A DNA stretch of 64,000 nt, taken from contig MCFH01000035.1 in the NCBI GenBank assembly GCA_002104945.1, positions 62,001 through 126,000 on the forward strand, read 5' to 3'. Below the pieces are notes generated by a model. That model searched no databases, was not told the origin of the DNA, and saw nothing but the letters and a program-made list of their open reading frames with translations. Shown piece after piece: positions 25,999-40,007 of the stretch. The DNA is from Piromyces finnis finn. Taxonomy: Eukaryota; Fungi; Neocallimastigomycota. The position numbers and the translations under genes are program-made. The stretch's first letter is position 1. Each line of letters starts with the position of its first letter.

Positions 25999-28384
25999 TT
26001 AGATATTATTAAGACTGGATTCACTCCTCATTAGATCATTTACTTTTTCTGCTGGTAAAATTTTAATATTCTTTCTTTTGTTAGTTATTTTTAATATTCT
26101 TGGTAAGAAGATTTCACTTAATAATTCAATTTCAACAATAATTAAAGTTAGTATAAGTAAAACTGTAACAGGGATTTTAATATAGTTGAATATTAAGAAA
26201 AGAAGGATAAGTGAAATTTGGAAAAGGAAAATAAAAAAGGAATGAATTGTTAAAGAACTATTAATATAAGTTGTAATAACAGCATTATTATTCATTTCAC
26301 TTATATTATTTGCAATTTTTTCATTACTACATTTATCAATAATATTTTGAGCTTTTGGGTTTGCAAAACTTTTATTATTAGCTAAATCCATAATTGAATT
26401 TTTTAAGCTGTCCTTTTTTAATCTATAAAAATTTTCTTTTCTTAATTTTAGTTGTTCACTATTTATACTGGCTTTTGAATCCATTTTTAATAAATTTTTT
26501 CTATTCATATTATTATTTATAGCACTTTCAATATTAGTTTCACTATTTGTTGTAACTTTTGAATTACTTTCACCATTTGCTTCATCATTATTGAAGTCAA
26601 TACTTGATTTAATAACATTTTGATTTTCTGTTGAATTATTTGTATTTATACTTTTTGTTGATGCTGAAATATTTGTTTTTTTGATATTTTCATAACTATT
26701 ATTTTCATTTGAAGAATTATCGATAATGGTTGAAGATGTATAGCGATGAAGAAATTTCATGAGAAAAACAGAAATAAATGTAAGTAAAAAGGCAACCGCT
26801 AACAAAGCTTTTATTTCATCAATTGAATGAACAGCTTTACCTAGATTAATGTTATTATTTCTTGAATGCACTTCCTCACTTGTTGATTGACTTTTAAATT
26901 TATCTGACGTATAAAAAATTTCTAATCCAGAATAATAAGAAGAAGGAAGTTTGGGAGAAAGAGTTTCATCAAATGTATTATTAGGGTAATTACGATATAC
27001 ATATATATTTTTAACTATGATTGAAAGGCTAACACCAATTAGTGTTAAACCTAAATGTAATGGTAAATGTAAAAGTCTCCAAATACAACCAAAAAAAGGG
27101 GAAATTAGATTTAAAGCATGATTAATAGTTAGCACACTATTAACTGAATTATAAATATACCCAGAACTAATCACAATTATTCCACATATTATTGTATATA
27201 TAATGTTATGAATTGTAATGGAAAAACTGTATGATGGTATGAATACTACTGGGATAACTATTTATTTTATTGAAGATATTTAATAAAATAAATTAGAAAT
27301 GAGGTTTATTTAATAAGATTAATTGACATATTAAGAAATATCATTTATATTTAAACATTTATAAATACATATTTATTTTTATACCTATAAGGAGAAGAGT
27401 TAACAATGTAAAACGCTCAATCCAATTTTTTTTGTTAAAAATTGGAAATTTATCAGTGTTGCCACTTCCTGTGGAAAGCATATTGAGAGTAGCATATAAT
27501 CGACTTTGGATAAACACAATTATTACAAAAAACAGTATATCTATTATAAATGTTGTGTAATATATAACATATTTTTCTGTTACAGATTTTTTTATGAAAA
27601 TAGATATAATGAGTGGAGTTAATGCTACTATGGAATACATTGGAAGACATACTAATAGATATTTTGGTCCAGGGGCTGCCATAATATATGTTACAACACA
27701 GTATAAGCGAATAATAATTGACATAATAATAAAGAAATTGAAAAATGCATTGGGCTTTTTAATTTCAGATATGACATCTTCTCTTATACAAAATATCATC
27801 AAAATATATGATCCATATTTAATAATATGACTTAACCAACTTATACATTCTGGAAATCCAATTAAATCAGAGTGATGTGATAAAATAAACCAATGCCTAT
27901 AATTAACATTATAAATGGTTTTATCATGGTATCGATTGAATTGAAGAAAAATATTATAAATATAAATATATTAAAATAGCATTAGTAAATTTTATATATT
28001 ATTTTGAATACAATAATTTTTGAGGAATACTTCATTTTTTTTATAATATAATTCTAAAAATTGATATTAAATTACTTACTCCCATATGTAAATAAAAAAA
28101 ATAATAATACCAAAGAAAAATGTATTATTAAATGTGTTATTCAAAAGAATGTTTGCTAAAAATTATTTATATAATATATCAAGCTTTATTAATAAAGATT
28201 ACATAATCAAATATTATACTAGCATTAAATGATATACGAATTAATATATACCAATTCTTAAAATTCCAAAGCCTAATATGAAATCTAGTAGTATCTATTA
28301 AATATCAATATTATATATATTAATATATTGAAACACACCACCTAATCTATCAATGATACTAATTTAATTTTCAATAAAAATCAT
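25999..28384 (-). CDS. Multi-pass membrane protein, LtrA (low-temperature requirement A)-like; 5' exon structure uncertain
   Basis: Recognisable segments: LLDFILGFG (cf. ELFFDLVFV), FNRY, NWIERFTLLTLLL (cf. HLxERxGLFTIIVLG), GYIY, HALN..WRLLHLPLHLGL (cf. WxYLHLPL). A long Asn/Ser-rich loop precedes the last TM helices. Confidence 0.55.
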
Positions 28385-29393
28385 GAAATATTTACATCAT
28401 TTTTATAAGAAGTTATATTGTTAAATACATATGTTGTCTTATAATAATATTGATTTAAAATGGGTAAAAAAAAGCGATGTATCCCTTTTTCCTCTATTTC
28501 TTCAACTTCTACAGTCTATATATTTGTTGATAAAAATATTTATAATTAATACACATATTATAATGAATAATATTATTAAATATCATTCAATATGCATAAT
28601 ATTCATTGTACTATATGTAGAAAATAATAACAATTCTTACATTGGATTCTTTTACCATACTTATCACTTTTCTATATTATTTTTTATTTTTATTTTTTTT
28701 TAAATGCAATTAATGATATTAATTATTAATTGAATATATATATATGTTATTATTGAATTTTATACTCTATAAATAAAGTCTTTTTTACATTATATATATA
28801 TATTTTTTATGATTGTAATAATTTAAATTAATATTTTTTATCGTATTTTTTTGTTTTTTAGGAAATAAAATCTTTAGTATTCTTAAACAATTGATACAAA
28901 CTTGCTTTTCTTAATCTATTATATATTATAAATTAATAATACTTAAAAATAAAAAGAATTGCGAAATAAAATGAAGGATTTGTTAAAAAACAAAAACAAA
29001 TATATATATATATGTATATTAAATAGATAATAGTTTGAATAATTTACAAAATTAATTATTTTTCATTTAATGTTTTTTTTTTCTTTATGCGCTTTAATTT
29101 TACTTAACGGAGTATATTAAAAAAGAAAATTTGAATATATTATTAATTAAAGTTTATATTAAAAAAAATTTTTTTTTTTTTTTAAAATATTTATTAATTG
29201 GTATATTAAATTATTTTATTTTAAATTTTATATCTATAGTTGTATCGATGGCAAACGATGTAGGTATTTTTAAAGAATGATAAATAGTGTCTTTATTAAA
29301 GTTTCTATATTTTTCATATAATTATATTTTTTTATTTAATTACATTAATTATTTCAAAATTTATGAATAAAATTGAATGATATATGCTATCTA

Positions 29394-31124
29394 TTAATGT
29401 TTTCTAAAATCTTTACAATATATAGGACCAATATTATAAAGATTTGTTTTTAATTCATTTTCTTGGATATTGCATGATAAAACAAAAGCATTCTTTTTTT
29501 TCTTAAGTGGTCGTAAATACTTATTAAGATTTTGATTCCAAAGTGATACTAAACGATCTGTATCAAAGTCAATTTTTTCGGTTGGGTCATTCTCAAATGA
29601 AAGAATGGTTAAAAAATCTTCAAAGATTGTCGCTTGAGTAATATCTACAGATTTTGAAGTGTAATCTGGCGTAGAAGAAATATAACTATCTTCTTGTAGG
29701 GAATCACCATTGGATTCATTTGCTGTTGATAATGCTAACTTAAACGGATCTGTCTTTCTTAAATGATTTTGAACCATTGATAATGTAATTTGTCTAGTAA
29801 TAGGTTTACGACCTCTTTTTCGTTTTAACCCACCTCTAATCTTGATAAAATCTTCAGGTTTATATTGTCCGTAAAATTGCTTAGTTGAATGAATATCTAA
29901 AAAAACATATATTGAATTAAATTTTGAATTAGTTGAAAAAGATGATGATGGTGAATAAGCAGGTGATGAAGACATTTCTTGACTGTCTCTATAAGTATCA
30001 TTTGTTGTATCTTGAAGAATTAATTGAATAGGAGAGTAGACAAAAGTTAATTCTTTCATATGATGACAATGTTTCCAAAAGGCTTTTTGAATTATAAATC
30101 CAATAAAATAATTTATTTTTTGATCAATAGTATTTTTAAATTTTATTCCGTTAATGAATGAAGTAATGTTAGTAGCTTCTTGTTGAAATAGAAATTCATT
30201 ACATTTATTACAATAAATTTGAATGGTATCTAATATATCATCTACAGAATCTCTTTTTTTAGTACTTCTATATGAATTCGTTGATTCTATTGGATATTCT
30301 AAAGGTATTGAATTATTTGTTCGATTAAAAATGATTTTTGATATGAAAGCATCCACACTTGCTAAACCTATAATAATAAAATTTATATATAAATAAAAAA
30401 AATAAAATAAAAATTAATAAATAATCAAAATAGAATGTTTATAAGTTTATATATTAATTAATATATTATATATTTATATTACCATTATATCTTGATTTTA
30501 TTAGTGATTCAATGGTATCAAAATCTTTTGGTTTAATGGCTTTTGAATATTCAATTAGTTTTTCTTGAATATTTATTGGTATATTACTGGATGCTTTAAT
30601 TCTAGTATATTTTGTCGCATATAAAACTAGTTCTAATATTTAAAATTTAATATAAATAATTAAAAATAAATAAGAAAGTAGGAAAATAAGTAATTAATAA
30701 TGCATACCATTGTTTGATTCTTCATGAATAATCAAATCAAAGAAATCATACATTTGCTGTTCATTAATATGAATGTATTGAAGGAGATCAGATAATATCA
30801 TTAAACTATTATTTTAGTAAAGATCATTAAGTAATAACAATTAATAATTTAAATAATAATAGCTTATAAATTAAAAATTATATATTATACATTTGAATAG
30901 TAGCTTTATTATTATCAACATCTATAATTTCAACTTTCCATAATTCATAAGTTTCATTATCATCGCTTATTTTTATATCTTTCATACTACTGATAGGTAT
31001 TCCTTGAATATTAATACATTTATTTTTGTAATTTACTAATTGTTTTACAGTAACAAAAGTAGAAAAAGTGGGTGGTGTTTCAGTATTAAATTGATCTGAA
31101 TCTATATATTTAATTTTTAATTAC

Positions 31125-31170
<46 letters not shown>

Positions 31171-34100
31171 CATTTATTATATATTTTTATGATTTTTCAA
31201 TAACAGATATTTATACTATTTTTACCTTTAAATAAAAATTTTGTAAATAGATCATTTTTAGTCCAATTTTGGATTTCTAATACTCTGTTTGTAATTTCAG
31301 AATTGACTGTTAAAATTTTGAATTTATATATATATATATATTTTTTTTAAAAAAAAAAAAAAAACATTTTATAAATATTAATAAAAATACTATTATAGAT
31401 AATATCATAATATCATATTTTTAAATTACTTACTGTTATTAAGATTGATGGTGCTTTTACCATTAATGTTTTTAATAATAAAAAATCGTGATGAATAGTT
31501 ATTATTTCCCCAGCCTACAGTATTTGCCATTACTTTATTTTTATATTTTGAAAGCGTTAAATTAACAAATAAAATAATATCTCCTACAGTAATTTTTTCA
31601 ACCCAACTACTATTATTTCTCCAAAAAATTATAGGAAAAAAAGAGTGAGATTGATCTGAAATTAAAACAGAAGAAATTCGTATTGATGTATCTGTGCTAT
31701 CAAAAATATTGATAGCTTTACTTTTATCTTTTGGTTGAATGGTATCTGTATTATTTTTATGAACAACTACTCCAATGAAATTATATTTCTTTTTGGGTTT
31801 ATAATTTTTAAAATTATTAAATGGTTGCTCATTTTTAAAAGTTTGGTTTGTTTGAAGTTCAACTTCATATTGTTTTACCAAAAAATCCAATGAATCGACA
31901 ATTTCAATATCGGGTGGAAGAATCATTGGATAATACTTATCTTCTTCTAAAGGATTATCTTCAAATGATGAAATAGATGAAATTGTTTTAGGTATAGAAC
32001 TAGGTAATCCAAAATCTCTAGGATTACTTGATTGAGAAGAAATCATATTTTGAAGTTTACTTGGAGAATGATTAGGTGCATTAATAAATGTCATTGAATT
32101 TAAAGAATGTCCATTTATTTCTTTTTGGGTGGAAGGGCTAGTAGAAGAATTCGAAGGAATTATCTTATTTGAGCTTTCATTCAAATTTTTATTCACTATA
32201 ATGCTATTTTCATTAATTTTACTTTTATTAATTTGAATACTCTGATCTTTTGAATTAAAAATATAGTTTTGGACAAATGGTGTTGGTGTACTCATTACAA
32301 AAGAGTGTTCTGGAGAAATAATAAATTCTGGATTAATACCAATATTGATAAACGAATTATCTTTATAATTATTTGAATCTGAAGGATGTTTTGTTTTATC
32401 ATGAATTTCTTTATTAAAGGACGTATTTGAAAATTTATTGATAGGCGTTTTTGCATGAGATGGGGAAACAATTAAACCGGAAATGTCATTTAATTTATTA
32501 GTATCAGATAAATTAGAAAATTTTCTATTTGACTCATTTTCATTATTTAATTTATTATCTAAGGAAAGATCGCCAAATGCTGGTCCCAAATCCTCTTTTA
32601 TTTCTTTTTCAGATAGCAATGATAAATCGTCACTATCTCTGGGTTTAAGGACAGGAATAGGTGAAGAGTAAAATATATAATTGCTATCACTAGACTTTTG
32701 GCTAGGTATAGACACAATTTCCTTATTGTTTAAGCCTTTCTTTTTATTTAATATTTCTCTAGAACTATTTACTTTTAAATCATCTAAAATATTTTCAGTA
32801 ATTATGTTTTCATTTAGATTATCAAAAATATTAGTTTTATCAAGATACTCTTCAATGAAGTTATTAATAATATTTTCTTCATAAGTTTCATTCTCTATAA
32901 ATGATTTAGATGGATTGTCAATAAATATATTACTATCTGTTTTAACTAATTCTGGATAATTTTCATTTTTGGATATAAAATGAGAAATTACTGGACTGTG
33001 CAATTCATATTCGGAATTATTTTTATTGTATTCAATATCTAGCGCTTTTGTTAGTAATTTTTTTTCTATCATTTTGTTTTTACTTACGTTATTGAGGGGA
33101 TTGTCTTTAATTTCATTATTTTTCTTCTCTATATCATTTTCATATATTTTTGTGTTAACCTTTTCATTTTCATCAATTTTTTCTTTATTGACTGTTATTG
33201 AATTGTCATTTACTTTTATAATAATTTCAGGAGATAAAAGGTCATCTTGATATAGCCTAGGTGAAAATAACGGATTAGTACTAGAGCATTGACTATTATT
33301 TATACTTTGATCCTGGTCTTCTTGAATAATTTCATCATTTTGATTTTGAGATATTTCTTTCATAAGTATTATTATTAAACAATAAATTGTTAAAGCTTTA
33401 GTATATAAAATTATATATATTTTTTAAATGAATTTTATTAATAATATATTATTATATATACTTATTTCTTCGATGTCTTGATTCATAGATTTATCATCAA
33501 TTATTTGTTCTTGGTCTTTGTTTAAATTTGAACTTATATTAAAATAACTCATAATATTTTTATTTTGATCCATTAAATTATTTTCTTTTTTATTAGGTGT
33601 ATAGATTGGTGTTTTGTCTTTATTTTCTGGTGCATTTAATTTAGTTTGAGAGTATAAGTTTGTTTTTGGTAATAAAAGATCAGGAGTTTTTATAGAATTT
33701 TTAATTTGATTGGAATGAAAATGAGAGTCTAAATCCTTATTTGACGAAATCTTTAAATTACCAGATGCATTACTTTTAGCTTTTTTAAGTTCTGGCGATA
33801 GTAACATATCATTATCTGGGGAAAGAAGATCTAGTTCTTGAGAATTTGAAATTATTTGATTTAAGCTTATGTTATTACGATTTGATAATGGCGATTCAAT
33901 GTTAATTTCCATTTTTTGAGTTTCTGTATTTAATTCTTGTCCAAAGTTATTTTCCGGGGATAGAAGTTCTTTTCCTTGAGAAGACATTCCTTCATGTTCT
34001 TCTATCATTACTTCATCAGCATTTTCCAATAACTCTTTCTGTGTTTCTATTAATTGTTGCATTCTTGGAGATAATATTTCATCTTGTGATAGTATTTTTG

Positions 34101-36472
34101 GTGATACATTATACTGATTACTTCTAGGTGATATTAATTCTTCCTCTTGAGAAGCTATTTTTTGAGTATCCATATAGCGATGAATATCAGAAGGTGATAT
34201 AAATATGAAGTCTTGTGATTGTTGTTGTTTCTTATTTTCTAATTTATTTATAGGTATTGGTGAAAATGTTATTGATTCTTGTGATTGTTGCTGTTTTTGA
34301 TTTTCCAATTTATTTAGATGTATTGGTGAAAATATTATTGATTCTTGTGATTGTGATGGTATTTTTTGAGTATCCATATATTTATTATCTTTAGCATCAA
34401 TCATTTGTGTTGATATTTGAGTATCGATATAACTTTTATCCTTACTTTTTTCCTTATTATGTGGTGATATAAAATTATTAAATTCAGGAGATCCTATACT
34501 GGGTGATTCTAAGAAAATTGGATTGTATTCCTGAGATAAGGAATTCTTAATTTCATTATATTTATTTTTAGTTTTTGTATTTGATGTTAAATCAGAAACT
34601 GTTCTTCTAGATTTATTATTTATATTTGGCGTTTCCTCATCAGATTCTGATGCTAATACTTCATCTGAATCTGATTCTGAATTATTAATTTTTTTACGCT
34701 TTGGCGAAGAAAAGACATTAGAATTAATAATTACTGAATCATAATCATCTAATTGCAAGAATGAACGCTTATTAGATATATCATCATCATTTCCAATATC
34801 CTATTATAATATAATAATTAGCGTATTATATAATTATAAGCTTTTAATATTTTTTTTTACTTTATATTATATTTATAACTATCAATGATAATACTCGATA
34901 ACTTACAGAATAACTTCCATTAAAATTACTTAATGTGTATCCCAAAGAATTTTCAAATTCAGACTCGGTCTCAGGAATAATATTTTCATCAAATTCATTG
35001 TATTTATTTCTATTATCATCAATAGAAATGTCATTAAGATCTTGTATACAATCTTGTGTATCAGTTTCAATATATTCTTGAGTTGCAACATATGATGCTT
35101 CATAATTTTGAGTTTGTGTTACTTGAGAAAAGTCATTTGTTAATTCATATGGTTGAGTACTATTATTATTGTTATTTGGTAATAATAGATCATTTGGTTT
35201 AATAAAAGTTGGATTTTTAATTTTTGAAGAACTAGTAGAATCATTAGAAAGCTGTCTATTATCAGAATTCTCATCTTTATTAGGTATATTACTCATTAAT
35301 ATTGTATTAGTAAATTCATTTTCTTTTTTCATTATTAAATTGCTTTTTTCAATTGGAATAATATTTCTTAATTCCGCTTCATTTATAGGAATTGTATTAG
35401 GTAATTCATTTTCATTTATAGGAATTGTATTTGGAAATTCATTTTCATTTATAGGAATTGTATTAGGCAATTCATTTTCATTTATAGGAATTGTATTTGG
35501 AAATTCATTTTCATTATTTATAGGAATTGTATTAGGAAATTCATTTTCATTATTTATAGGAATTGTATTAGGAAATTCATTTCCATTATTTATAGGAATT
35601 GTATTAGGAAATTCATTTTCATTATTTATAGGAATTGTATTAGGAAATTCATTTTCATTATTTATAGGAATTGTATTAGGAAATTCATTTTCATTATTTA
35701 TAGGAATTGTATTAGGAAATTCATTTTCATTATTTATAGGAATTGTATTAGGAAATTCATTTTCATTATTTATAGGAATTGTATTAGGAAATTCATTTTC
35801 ATTATTTATAGGAATTGTATTAGGAAATTCATTTCCATTATTTATAGGAATTGTATTAGGAAATTCATTTCCATTATTTATAGGAATTGTATTAGGAAAT
35901 TCATTTTCATTATTTATAGGAATTGTATTAGGAAATTCATTTCCATTTACTGGAATAGTATTAGGTATTTTATTTTCATTTATTATTACTGCATTTAGTA
36001 ATTCATTTTCATTTATAGGGATAGTATTTGGTAATTCATTTTCATTTATTAGAACATTATTAGGAAACATATTTTTATTTGTTTGTATAACATTAGTAAA
36101 TTTATTTCCATTAATAGGAATAGTATTTAAAAGTTCAGTATCAGTTATTTCATTTTTATTAGCTATTTTTGCATTGATAGATACAATGTTTAATAAATCA
36201 TTAAATTTAAAATTAACTAATTCTGATTTTGATAGCTGCTGTTTCATTTTATCCTTATTAGTAAACATTTCCGGTATTTGATAAAAAAAATATAAAGAAG
36301 AATTCACTTTATATTTATGTTCCATAGGAACATCACCTTTCTTCTTTTCAAAGGAAAAATTTTCATTGGAAATATTATATTTGTCATTTATTAAATTTTT
36401 ATATTTTAGGTTTTTAGGAAAATTAAATTTTAAATAAACATCTTTTTGAATTCTTTTCCTTTGCATTGGCAT
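29394..36472 (-). CDS. Large protein with long disordered N-terminus and C-terminal OB folds resembling shieldin subunit 2 (SHLD2/FAM35A); multi-exon
   Basis: ORFs 34862-36472, 33424-34758 and 31426-33363 splice in frame (GT at 34906, AG before 34800; GT at 33461, AG before 33395 or inside ATGAAAG). First OB fold: KYNFIGVVV..VLISDQSHSFFPIIFWRNNSSWVEKITVGDIILFVN. Further small exons lie at ~31320-30480. The last exon has CNKC, YSPIQLILQD and FVLSCNIQENE. Confidence 0.65.
35370..36130. repeat. Coding minisatellite: ~12 copies of a 36-bp unit (NEFPNTIPINNE/G) flanked by degenerate 33-bp copies
   Basis: Unit taggaattgtattaggaaattcattttcattattta is visible on the + strand. The repeats are read directly in ORF 34862-36472. 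Confidence 0.97.
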
Positions 36473-37580
36473 AAATTTAGATAGTAATTTTAAAAATAAA
36501 ATAAATAAAATATAAATAAATATTTTATATAATTGTGTTAATTTATATAAAATTTAATATGTTGTTATCAAAATTTGAATTATATAATACTAATTTATAC
36601 AATTGTTAGGTTTTAAAAATGTTTATTGTTATTTTTATTGTTATTACTACTATTTTTATTATCAATAACTGCTCTGTTTATATTAATTAAAATTTCATCC
36701 TTTCTCTCGATTCTTTATATTATTATCATTTTGTTTCTTTTTCATTTACTTGGAATTTTTAATTGCATTATTAATAATAAAACTATTTAAATAAATATTT
36801 TATAAAATTAATAACATATATAATATTATAATTAAATAAAATCAAAATATTATAATATTGCTTATAAGTAATAGCTATAGTATTTACTATTAATATAAAT
36901 TCAATTAGTTTAACACTTAAAGAATATTTGTATATATTCATAAAAATAAAATAAAAAAAATAAAAAAAAAAAAAAAGTATTATTTTAAAAGTGAAATTAT
37001 ATATTAAATCATAATATTTAAAGCCATATATCTCTTCAAATAATATATTGATTGTATAAAAATAAATATTTAAAATAGTTTTACTAGCCACTAAATTATT
37101 ATACATTTTTAAATAATAATAGTTTTTTTTAATAATTATTAAATAATAAATTAATATATTAATTATTCATAATTAATTAATTAATTTATAAACATATTAA
37201 TAATTTTTTTTTTTTTTTTTTGAAAAAGTGATTAATATGTTTTTATTTTAAAAAAATTGAATAATATTTATAAATTAAATATTAAATTTAAAAATAAAAA
37301 CATTTTTTTTATTTCTTATAATAATTAAATATTTTTTTTTTCAAAAAAATAAAAATAAAAAAAAAAATAAAAGTAATAATAAAGTAGTATTAAAATTATT
37401 AATAACATAAAAATATTTTGATCATTAAAATTAATATTGTATTTATATTTTTATTATAATTTCTTTATAATATAATTTTATAATTTTAGCAAATTAGTAT
37501 ATTCATTAAATATACTTTTTTAATATCAATTTCAAGCAGAAAATAAATTATCATTTTATACAAATTATTAATAATTAACG

Positions 37581-39000
37581 ATGGAAGTTCTTCTTGGTAT
37601 TCAAGGAAAGGATTTTGTTTTAGTTGCTAGTGATGCTTTAGCCATTACTTCAATTGTTGCAATGAAACGTAATCATAATAAAACTAGAAAATTAAATGAT
37701 AATGTATTATTAATGTTTTCAGGTGAAGGTGGTGATTCTGTACAATTTTGTGAATTTATTCAACGTAATGTTCAATTAAATGGCATTCGTAGAGGATATC
37801 CTTTATCCACAAAAGCAGCTGCAAACTTTACAAGAGTTGAATTAGCTGAATCACTTAGATCAAGAGTAAATATTTCATAATATTATAAAGAATGTTAAAT
37901 TAAAATAATATAAAAGAATCAATATACTATAAATAATCAAATTTTACAAGTTATAATTCAATAATCATACCATGGTTGATACATTTGAGATAGTAATTAT
38001 TCAAACATTACAATTATATTTAATTAATATAATGATAAAACGTCTAAACAGAATTTGAAAATGTATAGTTATTTGAAATAGCATATTTTAAAATTTTAAA
38101 ATAAAAATAGTAGAAAATGGAAATAATATTTATTTAAAGAATAAAATAATAAAATAATCATAATTATTGTTTGTTATTAATACTGTTATAATTTAAAATA
38201 ATTTTGAAGTTCAAATTTATTAAGAATGAAATAATTAATAAAACAGTTTAAAAAAATAACATATAATCAATACTAAATGTATTAACCATCAATCATTAAA
38301 TATTAAAATATTCATAATGCAAAGATAAATAACAAAACACAAATAAGATGAAAAGCTTATAATTAATAAAGAGTAATAATAAAAAGAAATTAATACATCA
38401 AACAAAATAAAAAATCATCAATAAAAAAAAACCTATATCAATAAAAAATAATTATTTTTAAGTAGATCAGATAATTTAAAAAATAAAAATCTGAAATTTC
38501 AATATTTTATTCCATATTCAAAATAGAATCAAATAAATAATAAAAAGTTAATTATATGACTTTCACTTTTGAAAATAATTAAATATAAAAATCAAATTTA
38601 ATATTAATAATATTACTAAAATATAAAATATAAAATATGTAAATTCAAAAATTAATCATATATTTTATTCTTATTTAATAATATAAATATTTACTAGCAT
38701 CCATATCAAGTTAATTTATTAATTGCTGGTTGTGACCCTGACACTGGTGTTCCAGAATTATATTGGATGGATTATTTAGCATCATTAAAAAAATTACCAT
38801 TTGCTGTTCAAGGTTATGGTCAATACTTTTGTAACTCAACTATGGATAGATACTACCGTCCAGATATGAACTTAGAAGAAGCTAAGGCTTTAATGAAAAA
38901 ATGTATCAATGAATTAAAGGTTCGTTTTATCATTAACTTTAGTGATTTCGTATTCCAAGTTGTAGATAAAGATGGTATCAAAGAAATTAAATTGGAATAA
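37581..39000 (+). CDS. PRE1: 20S proteasome subunit beta4 (beta type-2); exons 37581-37865 and 38698-39000
   Basis: MEVLLGIQGKDFVLVASD, GEGGDSVQFCEFIQRNVQL, AAANFTRVELAESLRSR|HPYQVNLLIAG, ELYWMDYLAS, QGYGQYF. Confidence 0.96.
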
Positions 39001-40007
39001 ACAAGTTAATTAAAACACCTTATCACATAAAATATAATAATACACAAATACATTTTATCATTATGGCATTTATTAAATAAATCAGATTAATAATAAAAAA
39101 AAATTTAATATTACAAACTAACAATTGTACTTAAAAAAGGAAACACAATATTTTAAAATAAAGTAACAAAGAAATTTAATAATAATAACTATAATAAAAT
39201 AGTATATATAAAAAAAAAATTAATAAAAATTAATAAAAAAATATCAAAAACTATAAACTAATTATAAAAGAATTTAAATTTATTAATAAAGGACAATTAA
39301 AAAATATATAAAATGATATATCATATTATAAAGCTATCTTTACATAAAAAGAAAGAAAGGTCTTTTTCAATAGAAAAAAATTATCGTTTTATATTTTTTA
39401 TCTTATTAACAATAATAACAATTAAATAGGATATAAAAATTATTAGAATTTTATCATATTATATTAAGTTTGGTTTTAATTATTTTAACAAATAGAAATT
39501 TATGGTTAATTTACCTCTAACAATTATAAAAATGTCATTAATATAAGGTCAATGAAAAACTATGTATTTTCTACTTTTGATCTGTAAAAATAACCTCAAT
39601 TTGAGAAATAATATAATTATATATATTATTAATTTCTTATTTAAATAATGTTTTTTTTTTAAAAAAAAAAAAATTATCTTATATTTAAAATTTTCATACA
39701 AAATTTGGATGGTTATCTTTAAATGTGATAAAAAAAAATGAATGATTAACACAATTTTATAAGATAGTAATCTATATAGATAATTAATTTTTCATTATAT
39801 ATATTATTTTGTTTAGTTTTGCTTTTTTTATTTATTAAAGTTCATGTTTTAATGTTAAACTTTAATTTTTTTTTATTATATTATATAAATATATAAATCA
39901 TTTTATTTTACCTTTAAAGTTTTTTATTTTACTTCATAGTATCATATTAGAATTGTTTTTTATTAAATTTGCAAATTTTTAATCTATAGATTATATGATT
40001 CAAAATT

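Noticed and set aside
35370-36130. Regular 36-bp repeats suggestive of a CRISPR array
   Set aside because: Units are contiguous with no unique spacers, lie in frame in a eukaryotic exon, and there are no cas genes.
35169-36281. 370-aa + strand ORF with hydrophobic repeats (FIGIVLGNSFSL)
   Set aside because: Antisense shadow of the 36-bp coding minisatellite. The repeat simply lacks stops on this strand.
36783-37106. AT-rich intergenic ORFs rich in F/I/Y/K (also 16682-16909, 28431-28703, 39549-39752)
   Set aside because: Composition expected by chance in ~90% AT DNA, with no codon signal or homology motif.
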